A DNA stretch of 64,000 bases from a virus: the IMG/VR virus record IMGVR_UViG_3300023238_000005, positions 52,041-116,040 of that record; one strand, given 5' to 3'. Shown here in pieces: positions 10,957 to 19,665 of this stretch. The notes beneath the pieces were generated by a model. It was not told the DNA's origin, ran no database searches, and saw only the letters and a list, made by a program, of their open reading frames with translations. Both the position numbers and the translations under genes were made by a program. Positions within the stretch are counted from its first letter, which is position 1. Each line of letters opens with the position of its first letter.

Positions 10957-12966
10957 CTATTTTTTAGATAGTTTGTTAAAAAGTGTACTTTCGCTTTGCT
11001 CTGCATTTTGTTGATAACCTTCGCTATTGCTATTATAGTTATCAGGTTGTACTAGTGTTTCCCACGGAAGTGAATCTATTTCACCTTTTGAAAATGCATC
11101 CTTCCACGCTTCTCTTTCTTCCTTTGGATTACTTGCTTCCCAGTCTGCACGAGCAGTTACCCATTCGTCATCTTGTTCTCTATCTTCATAGTATCTACTG
11201 TTTGGGTTTGATTCTTCCGGTAACTCTGAAGCTAGTTTTTTTTTGGTCTCTTCAAGTTCTTCTGGATAAAACATTCTGTTTGCAGTATCAGGGATGTCCT
11301 TAGGAGGTAGCATGTCAGCATTTAAATTTATTACGGGTGTCGCTAAGACTTGTTTCTCTAGCGTTGCAATGTCTCCGAAATCATCAGCAAACACTTCTGG
11401 ATTGGCCTCAGCTTCTGCGTTTGCTTTTTCGACCCACTCGTTCCAGTTCTCTAAGTTATCTATTCCGTAGTCTTGTTCTGTTGATTCCACTCTTCCGGCA
11501 TCGTCTCTTCCGATAGTGTAGGCTCTAGCGGCATCGTTCCCATTAGGCTCTTCAACTTCTCCTCGATCAAACCAGGCTGCTTCGCCTTTATTATCTTCTC
11601 CGGTTCCTTCGGTAGTATCACCGGTGCCGGGGAGTTGCCCATCATCAATTGTATCAGACTGTTCATTTACTTGTTCTTTCTCTTCTTCCGCAGGCGGCGT
11701 AGGAGTAGCAATATCAGGAGGAACGTTGTCAACTATTGCTTGTGCTCTTGCTCTTTCGAATTCAGCTTGTTCGAGCCGAAGACGCTCACCGGTTTCATCT
11801 TCGAGTTCTTTTCTGCGGAACTCAAAGGTATATTGTGCGGCTAATAATAGTAGTACTGCTAGTGGATCAAACACAAAGATGATAACAATAATGACCCACT
11901 TCACTGCTTCTTCAAGCATATTTTTATCGGCTGCTTCGCCATACACAAATTCAGCAATATATTTAATTGGACCTACTTCAGCTTCAAGCTTACGATACTC
12001 TGCTTCTAGCTGTATCTTTTCTTCAGTCAGTCCATCTATAACTGTTGCTGCCGTTGCAATACGTGCTTGCTGTGCGTCAATGTCGCCCTGTACGGTGTCT
12101 GCTGTTGTAGTGTTACCTAGTTGTGTGCGTAAGCGGTTTATTAGTGTGTTACTGTTAGCAATCTGCTGTTCTACTCCACTGCGTAAACGTGTGATCTCTG
12201 CGCGAGCTGCTATTACTGTTGGAGACTGTGCTGCATCTTGTAGCTTTTGTATCCATTCGCCTCGCTCTACTTTCTTAGCATCTTGAAAGTCAGTAAACGC
12301 TTGTGCTGTCTTTGGTCCGTATGCGCCATCTGCTTTAGCACCAATCATACCTTGTGCTTTAGGAATATCTCCTGCATCAATATACGATTGTAGCTTGTCC
12401 AACTCTGCGTCGATCTTATCTAATTCACTTTGGAACAATGCTGTAACGTTTGCAATAATTACATTCTGTTCTGCAATGGCAGGTTGGATACGTGTGTATG
12501 CACTATCAATACGTGTTTGTTCTGTGTCAATTTGTTGCTGTATGCCTGCATCAACTCCACTGTCAGTATCTTCCAACTGCTCAATACGATCTTCTGCTCG
12601 AGCAACAAGTACGTCTTGCCTGTCAAGTTCCTTTTGTATTGTTTCTACGCGAGCAATACTTTCTTCACTTGCACTTGTTTGTTCAATGTGTGCTTTACTT
12701 AGGAAGCCAAAGATGCCCATACTTGTAATAAACATAAGCACAACAACTGATATGCTTAGATAAGTTTTAAGCCACCAAGCTGCTCTGTCCCAGTACTTGT
12801 GTAACCAAACTGCTGTAACTAGTTTAGCTATCTCAAGTGTGGTGCCCATAATTAAAATAGGTATTGCTGCCGCTGCAAAGATTGCAACCAATCCCGCGAC
12901 AGAATAGTATATTGCTACTGCACTGATTGCTAATGCAGTAATTAATGTTAGTATTCCGAATATCAT
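10957..12966 (-). CDS. Membrane-anchored coiled-coil protein with acidic C-terminal region
   Basis: Three N-terminal TM helices, long coiled coil, ADGAYGPKT peptidoglycan-binding-like motif, further TM at FDPLAVLLL. Confidence 0.75.
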   Translation of the reverse strand: MIFGILTLITALAISAVAIYYSVAGLVAIFAAAAIPILIMGTTLEIAKLVTAVWLHKYWDRAAWWLKTYLSISVVVLMFITSMGIFGFLSKAHIEQTSASEESIARVETIQKELDRQDVLVARAEDRIEQLEDTDSGVDAGIQQQIDTEQTRIDSAYTRIQPAIAEQNVIIANVTALFQSELDKIDAELDKLQSYIDAGDIPKAQGMIGAKADGAYGPKTAQAFTDFQDAKKVERGEWIQKLQDAAQSPTVIAARAEITRLRSGVEQQIANSNTLINRLRTQLGNTTTADTVQGDIDAQQARIATAATVIDGLTEEKIQLEAEYRKLEAEVGPIKYIAEFVYGEAADKNMLEEAVKWVIIVIIFVFDPLAVLLLLAAQYTFEFRRKELEDETGERLRLEQAEFERARAQAIVDNVPPDIATPTPPAEEEKEQVNEQSDTIDDGQLPGTGDTTEGTGEDNKGEAAWFDRGEVEEPNGNDAARAYTIGRDDAGRVESTEQDYGIDNLENWNEWVEKANAEAEANPEVFADDFGDIATLEKQVLATPVINLNADMLPPKDIPDTANRMFYPEELEETKKKLASELPEESNPNSRYYEDREQDDEWVTARADWEASNPKEEREAWKDAFSKGEIDSLPWETLVQPDNYNSNSEGYQQNAEQSESTLFNKLSKK

Positions 12967-12973
12967 CTTATAT

Positions 12974-13510
12974 TTAACCTGTTTTACCTAGTAAATTAAG
13001 TGCTAACCTTACTCCCAGCGATAAAAAAATATGCTCTCCAATGCGTCCAACTAGTGCAAAGTCTCTTGCCCATTCAGGTTCCACGTATGTTGCATGATAA
13101 TGGGTAGCACCTTCTGTAATGCCGCGAGCATCATAGTGTATCATCATATTGTAGGCAATCTGCTGTGCTTCTACCCATGCATCCATGTTAGTAGGCCAAT
13201 CTGACTTTCCATCACAGTACCAGCTGAACTGACACATGTTGCGTATCATTGCGCCACTTGCATGCTTCTTGCCTTGTTGTACTACTCCGCAAATTGTGTC
13301 TGGGTAGTAAGTGTGCTTGACTCGATTCATTACAACATCAGCAACAGCCATACGATCTGCTCGATTGCTTGAGCGCGATTCGTAATAAATGTTTAGTGCT
13401 AGACACCACATCTCAGGTTTGTCTTCTGCTGTAAACAACCCTTTAGCTTGTGATGCGTTTGCTGAGCCCATTACTGCAATTAGAGAAATAGCTAGTATTA
13501 ATAGTTTCAT
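12974..13510 (-). CDS. Cell wall hydrolase (SleB/Hydrolase_2 family); probable +1 homopolymer frameshift near the C-terminus
   Basis: CLALNIYYES, VADVVMNRV, CQFSWYCDGK, GATHYHATYV.P.W, IGEHIF. Confidence 0.9.
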   Translation of the reverse strand: MKLLILAISLIAVMGSANASQAKGLFTAEDKPEMWCLALNIYYESRSSNRADRMAVADVVMNRVKHTYYPDTICGVVQQGKKHASGAMIRNMCQFSWYCDGKSDWPTNMDAWVEAQQIAYNMMIHYDARGITEGATHYHATYVEPEWARDFALVGRIGEHIFLSLGVRLALNLLGKTG

Positions 13511-13513
13511 TAT

Positions 13514-13714
13514 TCAGTCTCCTAAAAATATTTTTAATGTTTTACCGTCGTCTTGGAAGCTAATGTCAATACCGTTGACACCATGCTTTACAAACTCTCT
13601 GCCGTTACCAATAACTTCTACTCTGCTTATTAGTGGATGAGATTCAATAAAGTCTATGTCGTCTTGCACGTTGTTTCGTTTGTTAAATGCATCAATGTCA
13701 TCTTGTGTTTTCAT
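13514..13714 (-). CDS. Hypothetical protein
   Basis: ATGA-coupled to upstream ORF. Confidence 0.65.
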   Translation of the reverse strand: MKTQDDIDAFNKRNNVQDDIDFIESHPLISRVEVIGNGREFVKHGVNGIDISFQDDGKTLKIFLGD

Positions 13715-14142
13715 CGTCTCATCCTCGCAATCTCAATTGCTTCGTGCTTATTATCTTCAAAAATAGGTACCATATTACTTTTGTGCATCGTGGCGATCCC
13801 AAGCAATTTACGTTCGCCTGAATAAGTTGGCGATTCTTTCTTAGTACAATTACCAATACCGTTACCTGCGCTAGGATATTGCTTACCCTGCGGACGCTGG
13901 AATACATTTGATGGTACTAGTTCTTTAAATTTCTTTGCTGTGGGCTTGTAAAGACCGCGTACATACAAGTCATAATCTACCAAAGACATCATTTGATCAT
14001 GTGCGTGTATACGCTTCATGCTTTTATTGTATTCACGATGTTGTTGTTCAAATGTTGCTTGTTGATTCTTAGTACGCTTAGTTTGCTTACGCTTCTTATA
14101 TGATGTTGTTGTTAGACCTGGACCGCACATCGACATAGTCAT
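13711..14142 (-). CDS. Hypothetical phage protein (GIATMHKSNMVP motif)
   Basis: AGGAG RBS and own sigma70 promoter. Confidence 0.75.
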   Translation of the reverse strand: MTMSMCGPGLTTTSYKKRKQTKRTKNQQATFEQQHREYNKSMKRIHAHDQMMSLVDYDLYVRGLYKPTAKKFKELVPSNVFQRPQGKQYPSAGNGIGNCTKKESPTYSGERKLLGIATMHKSNMVPIFEDNKHEAIEIARMRR

Positions 14143-14146
14143 AAAA

Positions 14147-14205
14147 AACTCCTGCTCTAATTGTTATTACTTAACTAGTATAGCAGGAGTTCAGTGGATT
14201 GTCAA
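14147..14205 (-). promoter_or_regulatory. Sigma70 promoter whose spacer is complementary to the downstream RBS
   Basis: TTGACA-17-TATACT; AACTCCTGCT...AGCAGGAGTT inverted repeat followed by T run. Confidence 0.75.
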
Positions 14206-14214
14206 CCTTTTATT

Positions 14215-15399
14215 TTACCAGAATTTTAACTTCTTAGCTGCTTTTTTAGCTGCATTAGCGGCTGCATTTGCTGCATCTGCTGTTGCTTTAGCGGCTGCAT
14301 TTGCTGCATCTTGTGCTGCTCTGGCCGCAGCTTCTGCTTGACGTTGTGTTTCTGCTGCAACTTGAGCTGCTGCTTCGGCTGCCGCTCGAGCTGCTTCTTC
14401 TGCATGACGCTGTGTTTCTGCTGCTATTCTAGCGGCTTCTGCTGCGGCTGCATCTGCTTGACGTTGTACTTCACGAGCTGCTGCATCTGCTGCATCTTGT
14501 GCTGCTTTGGCTGCTGCTTCAGCTTGACGTTGTGTCTCTGCTGCAACTTGAGCTGCTGCTTCGGCTGCGGCATGTTCTGCTTCTGCGGCTGCTTTGGCTG
14601 CGGCATTAGCTGCTGCTTCTGCTGCTTCTTGTGCTGGCTTTGTATCAACACTAACACTAAGGTCAACATCAACGCCGGCTAGTAATTCAACTTCGCCACT
14701 TATACCAACAGTAGCAACACCGTCATCCATAGTTGCTCCGCCGCCGATATCTGCGCCTGCTTGTAAACCAATACTTACACCTGCTGTTGCTGCTCCGCCA
14801 TTGCCGGAACTATCATATGCACTTGTAGTAGTATCTGCTCCAACACTTGCTCCGGCGTGTGCGCCTGCATGTCCTGCAACGCCGTCTTTGCCAATTTGTG
14901 CATCTGCGCCTATATCAGCACCTGCTTCTGCGTGTACTCCACTTTCGTTCTTGATTTCAACATCACCTACTTGCTGGCTTACGCCTGCGTGTGCTTCTGT
15001 ACTTGCACCAACTTCTGCGCCTGCTTGTACATATGCATTGCCACCACTTACTCCTGCTTGTGCGCCAGCTTCTGCATGTGCTTCTGCACTTGCGCCTGCT
15101 TCTACAGTTGTATCTCCGTAGGTAGCACTTGCGCCTGCTTCTGCACTCACTCCTGCTTCTGCCATAGCTGCGGCGGTTGTGTCAGTTACTTCTGTGCCCG
15201 CACTTGCATGTGCTTCTGCGCCGGCATGTGCTTCTAAGTCAACGCCGCCTACATTTGTTTCTGCACTTGCACCTACTTCTACACCTACACTTGCTTGTGG
15301 GTCGTTAATATCTGACCCAGCAGTAAATCCATTGCTTACGCCAACTTCAGGACCTTTGTCCTCTTCAGTAGCATCTGTGTTATTTTGATCTTCGTTCAT
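14215..15399 (-). CDS. Gly/Ala-rich repeat protein with Ala-rich helical repeat tail
   Basis: AEAGA/GVSA repeats then duplicated AAAEAAAQVAAETQRQAEAAA; ends KKLKFW. Confidence 0.75.
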   Translation of the reverse strand: MNEDQNNTDATEEDKGPEVGVSNGFTAGSDINDPQASVGVEVGASAETNVGGVDLEAHAGAEAHASAGTEVTDTTAAAMAEAGVSAEAGASATYGDTTVEAGASAEAHAEAGAQAGVSGGNAYVQAGAEVGASTEAHAGVSQQVGDVEIKNESGVHAEAGADIGADAQIGKDGVAGHAGAHAGASVGADTTTSAYDSSGNGGAATAGVSIGLQAGADIGGGATMDDGVATVGISGEVELLAGVDVDLSVSVDTKPAQEAAEAAANAAAKAAAEAEHAAAEAAAQVAAETQRQAEAAAKAAQDAADAAAREVQRQADAAAAEAARIAAETQRHAEEAARAAAEAAAQVAAETQRQAEAAARAAQDAANAAAKATADAANAAANAAKKAAKKLKFW

Positions 15400-15426
15400 A
15401 ATTAATCTCCTGTGGTTAGTGATATG

Positions 15427-15897
15427 TTACTTATTCATTTTAGCAACAGCAGCATCATAGTCCGACTGTGCTATTATTTCTTCACGCAAAAGTTTAGTTC
15501 TGTTTACTAAATGCTTTGCTTGAACTTCTTCTTTATTGCCGCCGAAATATGCAACTGCATGTCCTTCTTCAATAAGGATGTCTGTTACTTTACGTCCATC
15601 TCCAATTCGGAAGTCTCCTAGGATACGACCGAACTTGCCTTTCATATCTTCGCCCTTGCGATCTTCAGTAGTAATAAGTTTACCACCGTCCTTCATAAGC
15701 ACTTTCAATCGTGCTTTAGCTGCTTCGCCAAACAAGTCTTCTACTTTGTCTCTTGTGCGTGACTCTGGAGTATCAATGCCCATGATGCGCACTCGCTCAT
15801 CTCTAAGTGTTACTCCGAACCCTAAGTCAATGTCAACGTCTACAGTGTCTCCGTCAACTATTTTAACGACTACTACGTCATATTCATTTTGTTGCAT
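15427..15897 (-). CDS. Thermonuclease (SNase-like)
   Basis: VVKIVDGDTVD, RVRIMGIDTPE, GKFGRILG. Confidence 0.92.
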   Translation of the reverse strand: MQQNEYDVVVVKIVDGDTVDVDIDLGFGVTLRDERVRIMGIDTPESRTRDKVEDLFGEAAKARLKVLMKDGGKLITTEDRKGEDMKGKFGRILGDFRIGDGRKVTDILIEEGHAVAYFGGNKEEVQAKHLVNRTKLLREEIIAQSDYDAAVAKMNK

Positions 15898-16177
15898 TAC
15901 TTAACTCCATCTTAGTTTCTAATTCTTTTACTTTAAGTTCTAATATGCGAACTCTTTCTACTGCAATAGCAACTGCTGGTGGAAGTGTCCACTCCTTAGT
16001 CCAAGTATAGTTGTTTTCAATAGAGACTTCATGCATTGCTGATGTATACTCTATCATTGCTATTCTTTCAACAAGGCCAAAGTATACCCATACTGCAACT
16101 CCAACAGTTATTGCAAGACTAACAAGATTTTTTAACGGTATTGTAAACTCAGATTCTTCACTTAATTTATTTGCCAT
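15884..16177 (-). CDS. Hypothetical membrane protein
   Basis: One TM helix followed by coiled coil; AGGAG RBS. Confidence 0.7.
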   Translation of the reverse strand: MANKLSEESEFTIPLKNLVSLAITVGVAVWVYFGLVERIAMIEYTSAMHEVSIENNYTWTKEWTLPPAVAIAVERVRILELKVKELETKMELSNATK

Positions 16178-16185
16178 GTTTGCTC

Positions 16186-16341
16186 CTATTTTTCTTTGCC
16201 AGACAGCAAATCTTCAATTCGCTGACGCTGCTGTTCAATCAAATCACTTTGTGTTTCAATCTCTTCGAACTGTCGTTCTAGTTTGTCAGCTTGCTTTGCT
16301 TCTTCAGTTTTTTGCGGAAATTGTACTATGTTGTCACTCAT
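16186..16341 (-). CDS. Small coiled-coil protein (MSDNIVQFP..., 51 aa; below ORF track cutoff)
   Basis: AGGAG RBS, CTAAATA late promoter, open frame. Confidence 0.65.
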   Translation of the reverse strand: MSDNIVQFPQKTEEAKQADKLERQFEEIETQSDLIEQQRQRIEDLLSGKEK

Positions 16342-16386
16342 ATATGTTCTCCTATTAACTGCTAATATTTAGTTAATTTTAGTCAT

Positions 16387-16420
16387 AAAAAAAGAGTGCT
16401 ACATTGCTGTAACACTCTTC
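16387..16420 (-). terminator. Intrinsic terminator after tmRNA
   Basis: AAGAGTGTTACA...TGTAGCACTCTT followed by T run on minus strand. Confidence 0.75.
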
Positions 16421-16424
16421 CTGC

Positions 16425-16670
16425 TATTTTTGGTAACAAAGTATAACTACTTCGTAGAAGCCCTTAGGCTGCTAATGCGAAATTTTCATTTGCGTTTATA
16501 GTTTTCGTTCGCGATAACCGTGCTTACATCCGGGTAACTCCACTTCCTCTCTTACGTGTATCGATACCTGCTTCACCCCCATCAACTATACACTCAGTAA
16601 ATGTATACTTGGTGGAGGTGCCGGGTGCCGCCCCCGGGTCTACTCCGTCGTTGCTAAAGTTTCAACGTTA
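16425..16670 (-). ncRNA. ssrA: Circularly permuted two-piece tmRNA; tag ANENFALAA
   Basis: Acceptor piece GACCCGGGGGCGGCACCCGGCACCTCCACCA ends 16610; intervening hairpin; coding piece starts GGGGGTGAA at 16580; tag frame 16493-16464; outer ends approximate. Confidence 0.92.
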
Positions 16671-16689
16671 CATACTATTTATAACACGT

Positions 16690-16995
16690 TTAACTAAACA
16701 TGTCAAGTTCTTTTGATGCTTTTGTCTTTGTCTTCTTAGCTTCAGGACGAATTGGTTCTAGCCATGTATCAGCAATGTATGCTTTAGGTGATGGTCCCAA
16801 TTGTATATCTATGTCTTCGCCTTGTATCCACCAATAATGATCATGTATCATACAAGTGCAAGTCATGCTATGTGCTTCAAACTGTTCGCCAGCTTCAAAC
16901 TTACCAATGTACTCGACTACCTTTACAGCTCGTCCAATGTTACTCGGATTCACTGAATGTATGATGCGGGCAAAGTCGCCCTGCACACACTTCAT
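16690..16995 (-). CDS. Hypothetical protein
   Basis: 101 aa ORF, ATGA-coupled. Confidence 0.7.
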   Translation of the reverse strand: MKCVQGDFARIIHSVNPSNIGRAVKVVEYIGKFEAGEQFEAHSMTCTCMIHDHYWWIQGEDIDIQLGPSPKAYIADTWLEPIRPEAKKTKTKASKELDMFS

Positions 16996-17159
16996 TCTTC
17001 TTCTTTCTTCTTAGGCTTGCGACCGTAGAAGCCGCCTTTAACTTCGAGGTCTTCGGTCCTTGCAAAAGGCTTGCAAACTTCTATCTCGCCGCCTTTAGCT
17101 AAAAACTCTTTAATTAATCTTTCTGACTCTTTGTCAGTTTCTCTAGGTGTCGGGTTCAA
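16992..17159 (-). CDS. Small hypothetical protein (IKEFLAKGGEIEVC motif)
   Basis: TTG start after AAGGA; fills gap between coupled genes. Confidence 0.6.
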   Translation of the reverse strand: MNPTPRETDKESERLIKEFLAKGGEIEVCKPFARTEDLEVKGGFYGRKPKKKEEE

Positions 17160-17169
17160 TTGATCTTCC

Positions 17170-17328
17170 TTACCAAAAATTTAATAGTCTACCATTACCA
17201 ATGATAATCATTGAGCAAGTTACAACGTGCAGTAGCACCCAAACTGTTCGAATGAGTGCTACTGCATCTGCTCTGTTGTTATCATCGTATGCTTTTTGTC
17301 CAATGGCTTTACACCAATATTCCCACAT
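17170..17328 (-). CDS. Small membrane protein (MWEYWCKAIG...)
   Basis: Open frame, one TM helix. Confidence 0.6.
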   Translation of the reverse strand: MWEYWCKAIGQKAYDDNNRADAVALIRTVWVLLHVVTCSMIIIGNGRLLNFW

Positions 17329-17339
17329 ACGATTACTCA

Positions 17340-17525
17340 CTACAATGCGTTCTTGCGGTCTTGGATCTCTGCACGTCTTGACTTTGTTAACTTGCCTAAG
17401 TCACCTAGTGCGCCACGGGCGCGGGTTGCTGCTGCTTTAACATTCTTATCTTCCCAAGCCGCATGTTCGACTAAGTAATTTTCAAATGCTGCAACAATTT
17501 GTTCGTGTTGTGATTGTTCACTCAT
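17340..17525 (-). CDS. Small basic Hc1/histone H1-like protein
   Basis: NVKAAATRARGALGDLGKLTKSRRAEIQ resembles Hc1-like family. Confidence 0.6.
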   Translation of the reverse strand: MSEQSQHEQIVAAFENYLVEHAAWEDKNVKAAATRARGALGDLGKLTKSRRAEIQDRKNAL

Positions 17526-18127
17526 ATTGTTTCTCCTGTAATATGATTGTATATTTCTTTCCAGTTAACACATTTAGTCATGCCTTCTGGAAGTTCGTCG
17601 TGCATGTTAAATCCATGCTCTACCAGTATTGCATTTAAACCTAAGTCTAAACCAAGTACTGCATTAGATAGCTTGTCTTCGATCCAGTACAATCCGGAAT
17701 CACGATACAGTTCAAGCGCATCATCTTTATTTGCACCAGTATCTAAACAAACTAATTCTTCAAAAGCTGATTCGCCGAACAGCTTCTCCAAATTCATTTT
17801 ACGAAGCTTATATGCATTAGGGTCTAAAGACATAGACGTAATGCAACGGAATACATATCCGTGTTCTTCGTGTAATCGTTTAACGTAATACATAGCGTCA
17901 CGTAGTGCTGGGAGAAATCCCATTGCTGCACTTTCATTAAATACCTTTACGTGTTTAATTGCTTCGTTGCGTGAAATACCAAAGCGTTTAGCAATGTCGT
18001 ATTCCCAGTTGCCGTTCTCAATCTGTGTGTATCCACACTGTTCTAAATAACAGCAGAATGCATACTCCCAGTTAAGTAGGCAACCATCAGCGTCTGTAAG
18101 TATTACTTTATCGTTGTATTTTTTCAT
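17522..18127 (-). CDS. HAD-superfamily phosphatase/nucleotidase
   Basis: ILTDADGCLL motif I; WIED motif IV; own sigma70 promoter at ~18154-18182. Confidence 0.8.
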   Translation of the reverse strand: MKKYNDKVILTDADGCLLNWEYAFCCYLEQCGYTQIENGNWEYDIAKRFGISRNEAIKHVKVFNESAAMGFLPALRDAMYYVKRLHEEHGYVFRCITSMSLDPNAYKLRKMNLEKLFGESAFEELVCLDTGANKDDALELYRDSGLYWIEDKLSNAVLGLDLGLNAILVEHGFNMHDELPEGMTKCVNWKEIYNHITGETI

Positions 18128-18187
18128 GTGAGCCTCTTTTACATTATGTATATACTATAACATAGATAGAGTGTGTTGTCAAGTGAT

Positions 18188-18913
18188 TTATACAGTAAAC
18201 CCATTAGATGATAATATGGGCTTATATATAGCATATTGGCCCGTTCTGCTGCCACTAGGTCCCCATTGACGCTTAGGCCCAATATCAACATGGATAAAGT
18301 CCTCGTAGCACCCGATACCAGTAAATCCTGCATCAACTGCACGTTGTATCATATCTACACGACCTTGTTGACTAGATGTTCCCCATAGTACATCCATTGC
18401 TTTGCGCTCTGTATGCATGCTCTTTTTGGCGCCGCCAACTTTTACATTGTACTCTGGTGTACGATAAGCACTAGTAATTGTAATTGGTTTTCCCATGCTC
18501 TGTGCAAATATAACTGCTTTATCCCAAACTTCAGGGAGTACTCGGTTATTAACATGTTTTAGTGTATTAATCCATTCTGATTCATTGCGGGGAAATTCGT
18601 CACTATCTGATCCATCTGCGCCTGTGCCCTGATCACTGCCAGGGGCTGCTTCTGCACCTTCTCTTCCAGTAATTGGATTCGTGCCATTTGGAGATCCTCC
18701 TCCAAATTGTTCTAGTGCTTCCATTGTATCTGGGTCGTTTCCAGCATCCAATTCTACTGCTCTGCCACTAATAATTGCTCTTGCTTGATCATCATCTATT
18801 CCGATAGTGTCTTCAAGACCTAATGCATCAGCTATTGCTCCGCCTAGTGTCGGACCGCCATTTACAAATACATTTGCGGCAAAGGGTGTGTTACTGTGCG
18901 TTACTGCTGGCAT
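18188..18913 (-). CDS. Virion-associated peptidase M15A
   Basis: TSAYR...N..VGGAKKSMH...AMD...FIHVD zinc-binding motif. Confidence 0.85.
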   Translation of the reverse strand: MPAVTHSNTPFAANVFVNGGPTLGGAIADALGLEDTIGIDDDQARAIISGRAVELDAGNDPDTMEALEQFGGGSPNGTNPITGREGAEAAPGSDQGTGADGSDSDEFPRNESEWINTLKHVNNRVLPEVWDKAVIFAQSMGKPITITSAYRTPEYNVKVGGAKKSMHTERKAMDVLWGTSSQQGRVDMIQRAVDAGFTGIGCYEDFIHVDIGPKRQWGPSGSRTGQYAIYKPILSSNGFTV

Positions 18914-19665
18914 TAGCTTGCTCCTGCACTATAATCTGTTGCCGGCGGCGCTGTGCTGCCAGATGCATTATTTGTGTCTTGTGCTGTAGATGATTGCGCT
19001 ACTATTAATCCTGTCGCCGGATCAATTAAGTCTGCATTAGGATTAGCAAGTGTTGATGCTGTTTGTCCTTCAGGTCTTGCAAACGGCCATCTCTTCTTTG
19101 GCGCGGATGCGTTTGGTATGCCATCAGGTGGTCCTGGAGGTGCACCTGCAACAATAAGCCCAGTTGATTCGTTATCAAAGCCTAGTTGTTCGCCTAAGGC
19201 AAACGGAGTAACTATTGTATTAGAGCCTCGAATTCCATCGTCTGGACCTGCTGTTCCCTTTGCTTCCCAATAGTATTGTCCTGCTACTCGTATTAATACT
19301 TTTAAGTCTGCTGGATCTTCTGTAGCACCTAGTGCAGCAATTATTGTTGTTCTTTCTGCTGTAAGGTCTGCGTTGCTTTCACCACTTGCTGCTGCAACTG
19401 CTGCGCCATTTGGTAGTGTTCCGGCAATAACTGCTGCTGCAACTGCTGCCGCTGTATTACCTACAGCTGAACTCATACTAACTGCAAGGAGTGCCCTTTG
19501 AAAGTCGTTTAGTACATTACTTGTAGCAATACCACTCTCTGGATCAGATTGTAATTTTTGTAACAATCTTACGTCATCACGTATACCTGTTAGTGCTGTG
19601 ATAATCCGGTTGTATTCCGGAGTCATGTCTAAATGTGTATAATCTGTATCAGTAGATTCTGGCAT
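18913..19665 (-). CDS. Hypothetical virion protein
   Basis: Coupled to both neighbours; Ala/Pro rich. Confidence 0.7.
   Translation of the reverse strand: MPESTDTDYTHLDMTPEYNRIITALTGIRDDVRLLQKLQSDPESGIATSNVLNDFQRALLAVSMSSAVGNTAAAVAAAVIAGTLPNGAAVAAASGESNADLTAERTTIIAALGATEDPADLKVLIRVAGQYYWEAKGTAGPDDGIRGSNTIVTPFALGEQLGFDNESTGLIVAGAPPGPPDGIPNASAPKKRWPFARPEGQTASTLANPNADLIDPATGLIVAQSSTAQDTNNASGSTAPPATDYSAGAS

Noticed and set aside
11236-11244. A9 run in the membrane coiled-coil gene as a frameshift site
   Set aside because: The zero frame continues normally and the -1 frame closes within about a dozen codons
14311-15388. Cys-rich plus-strand ORFs
   Set aside because: Antisense shadows of the Ala-rich gene
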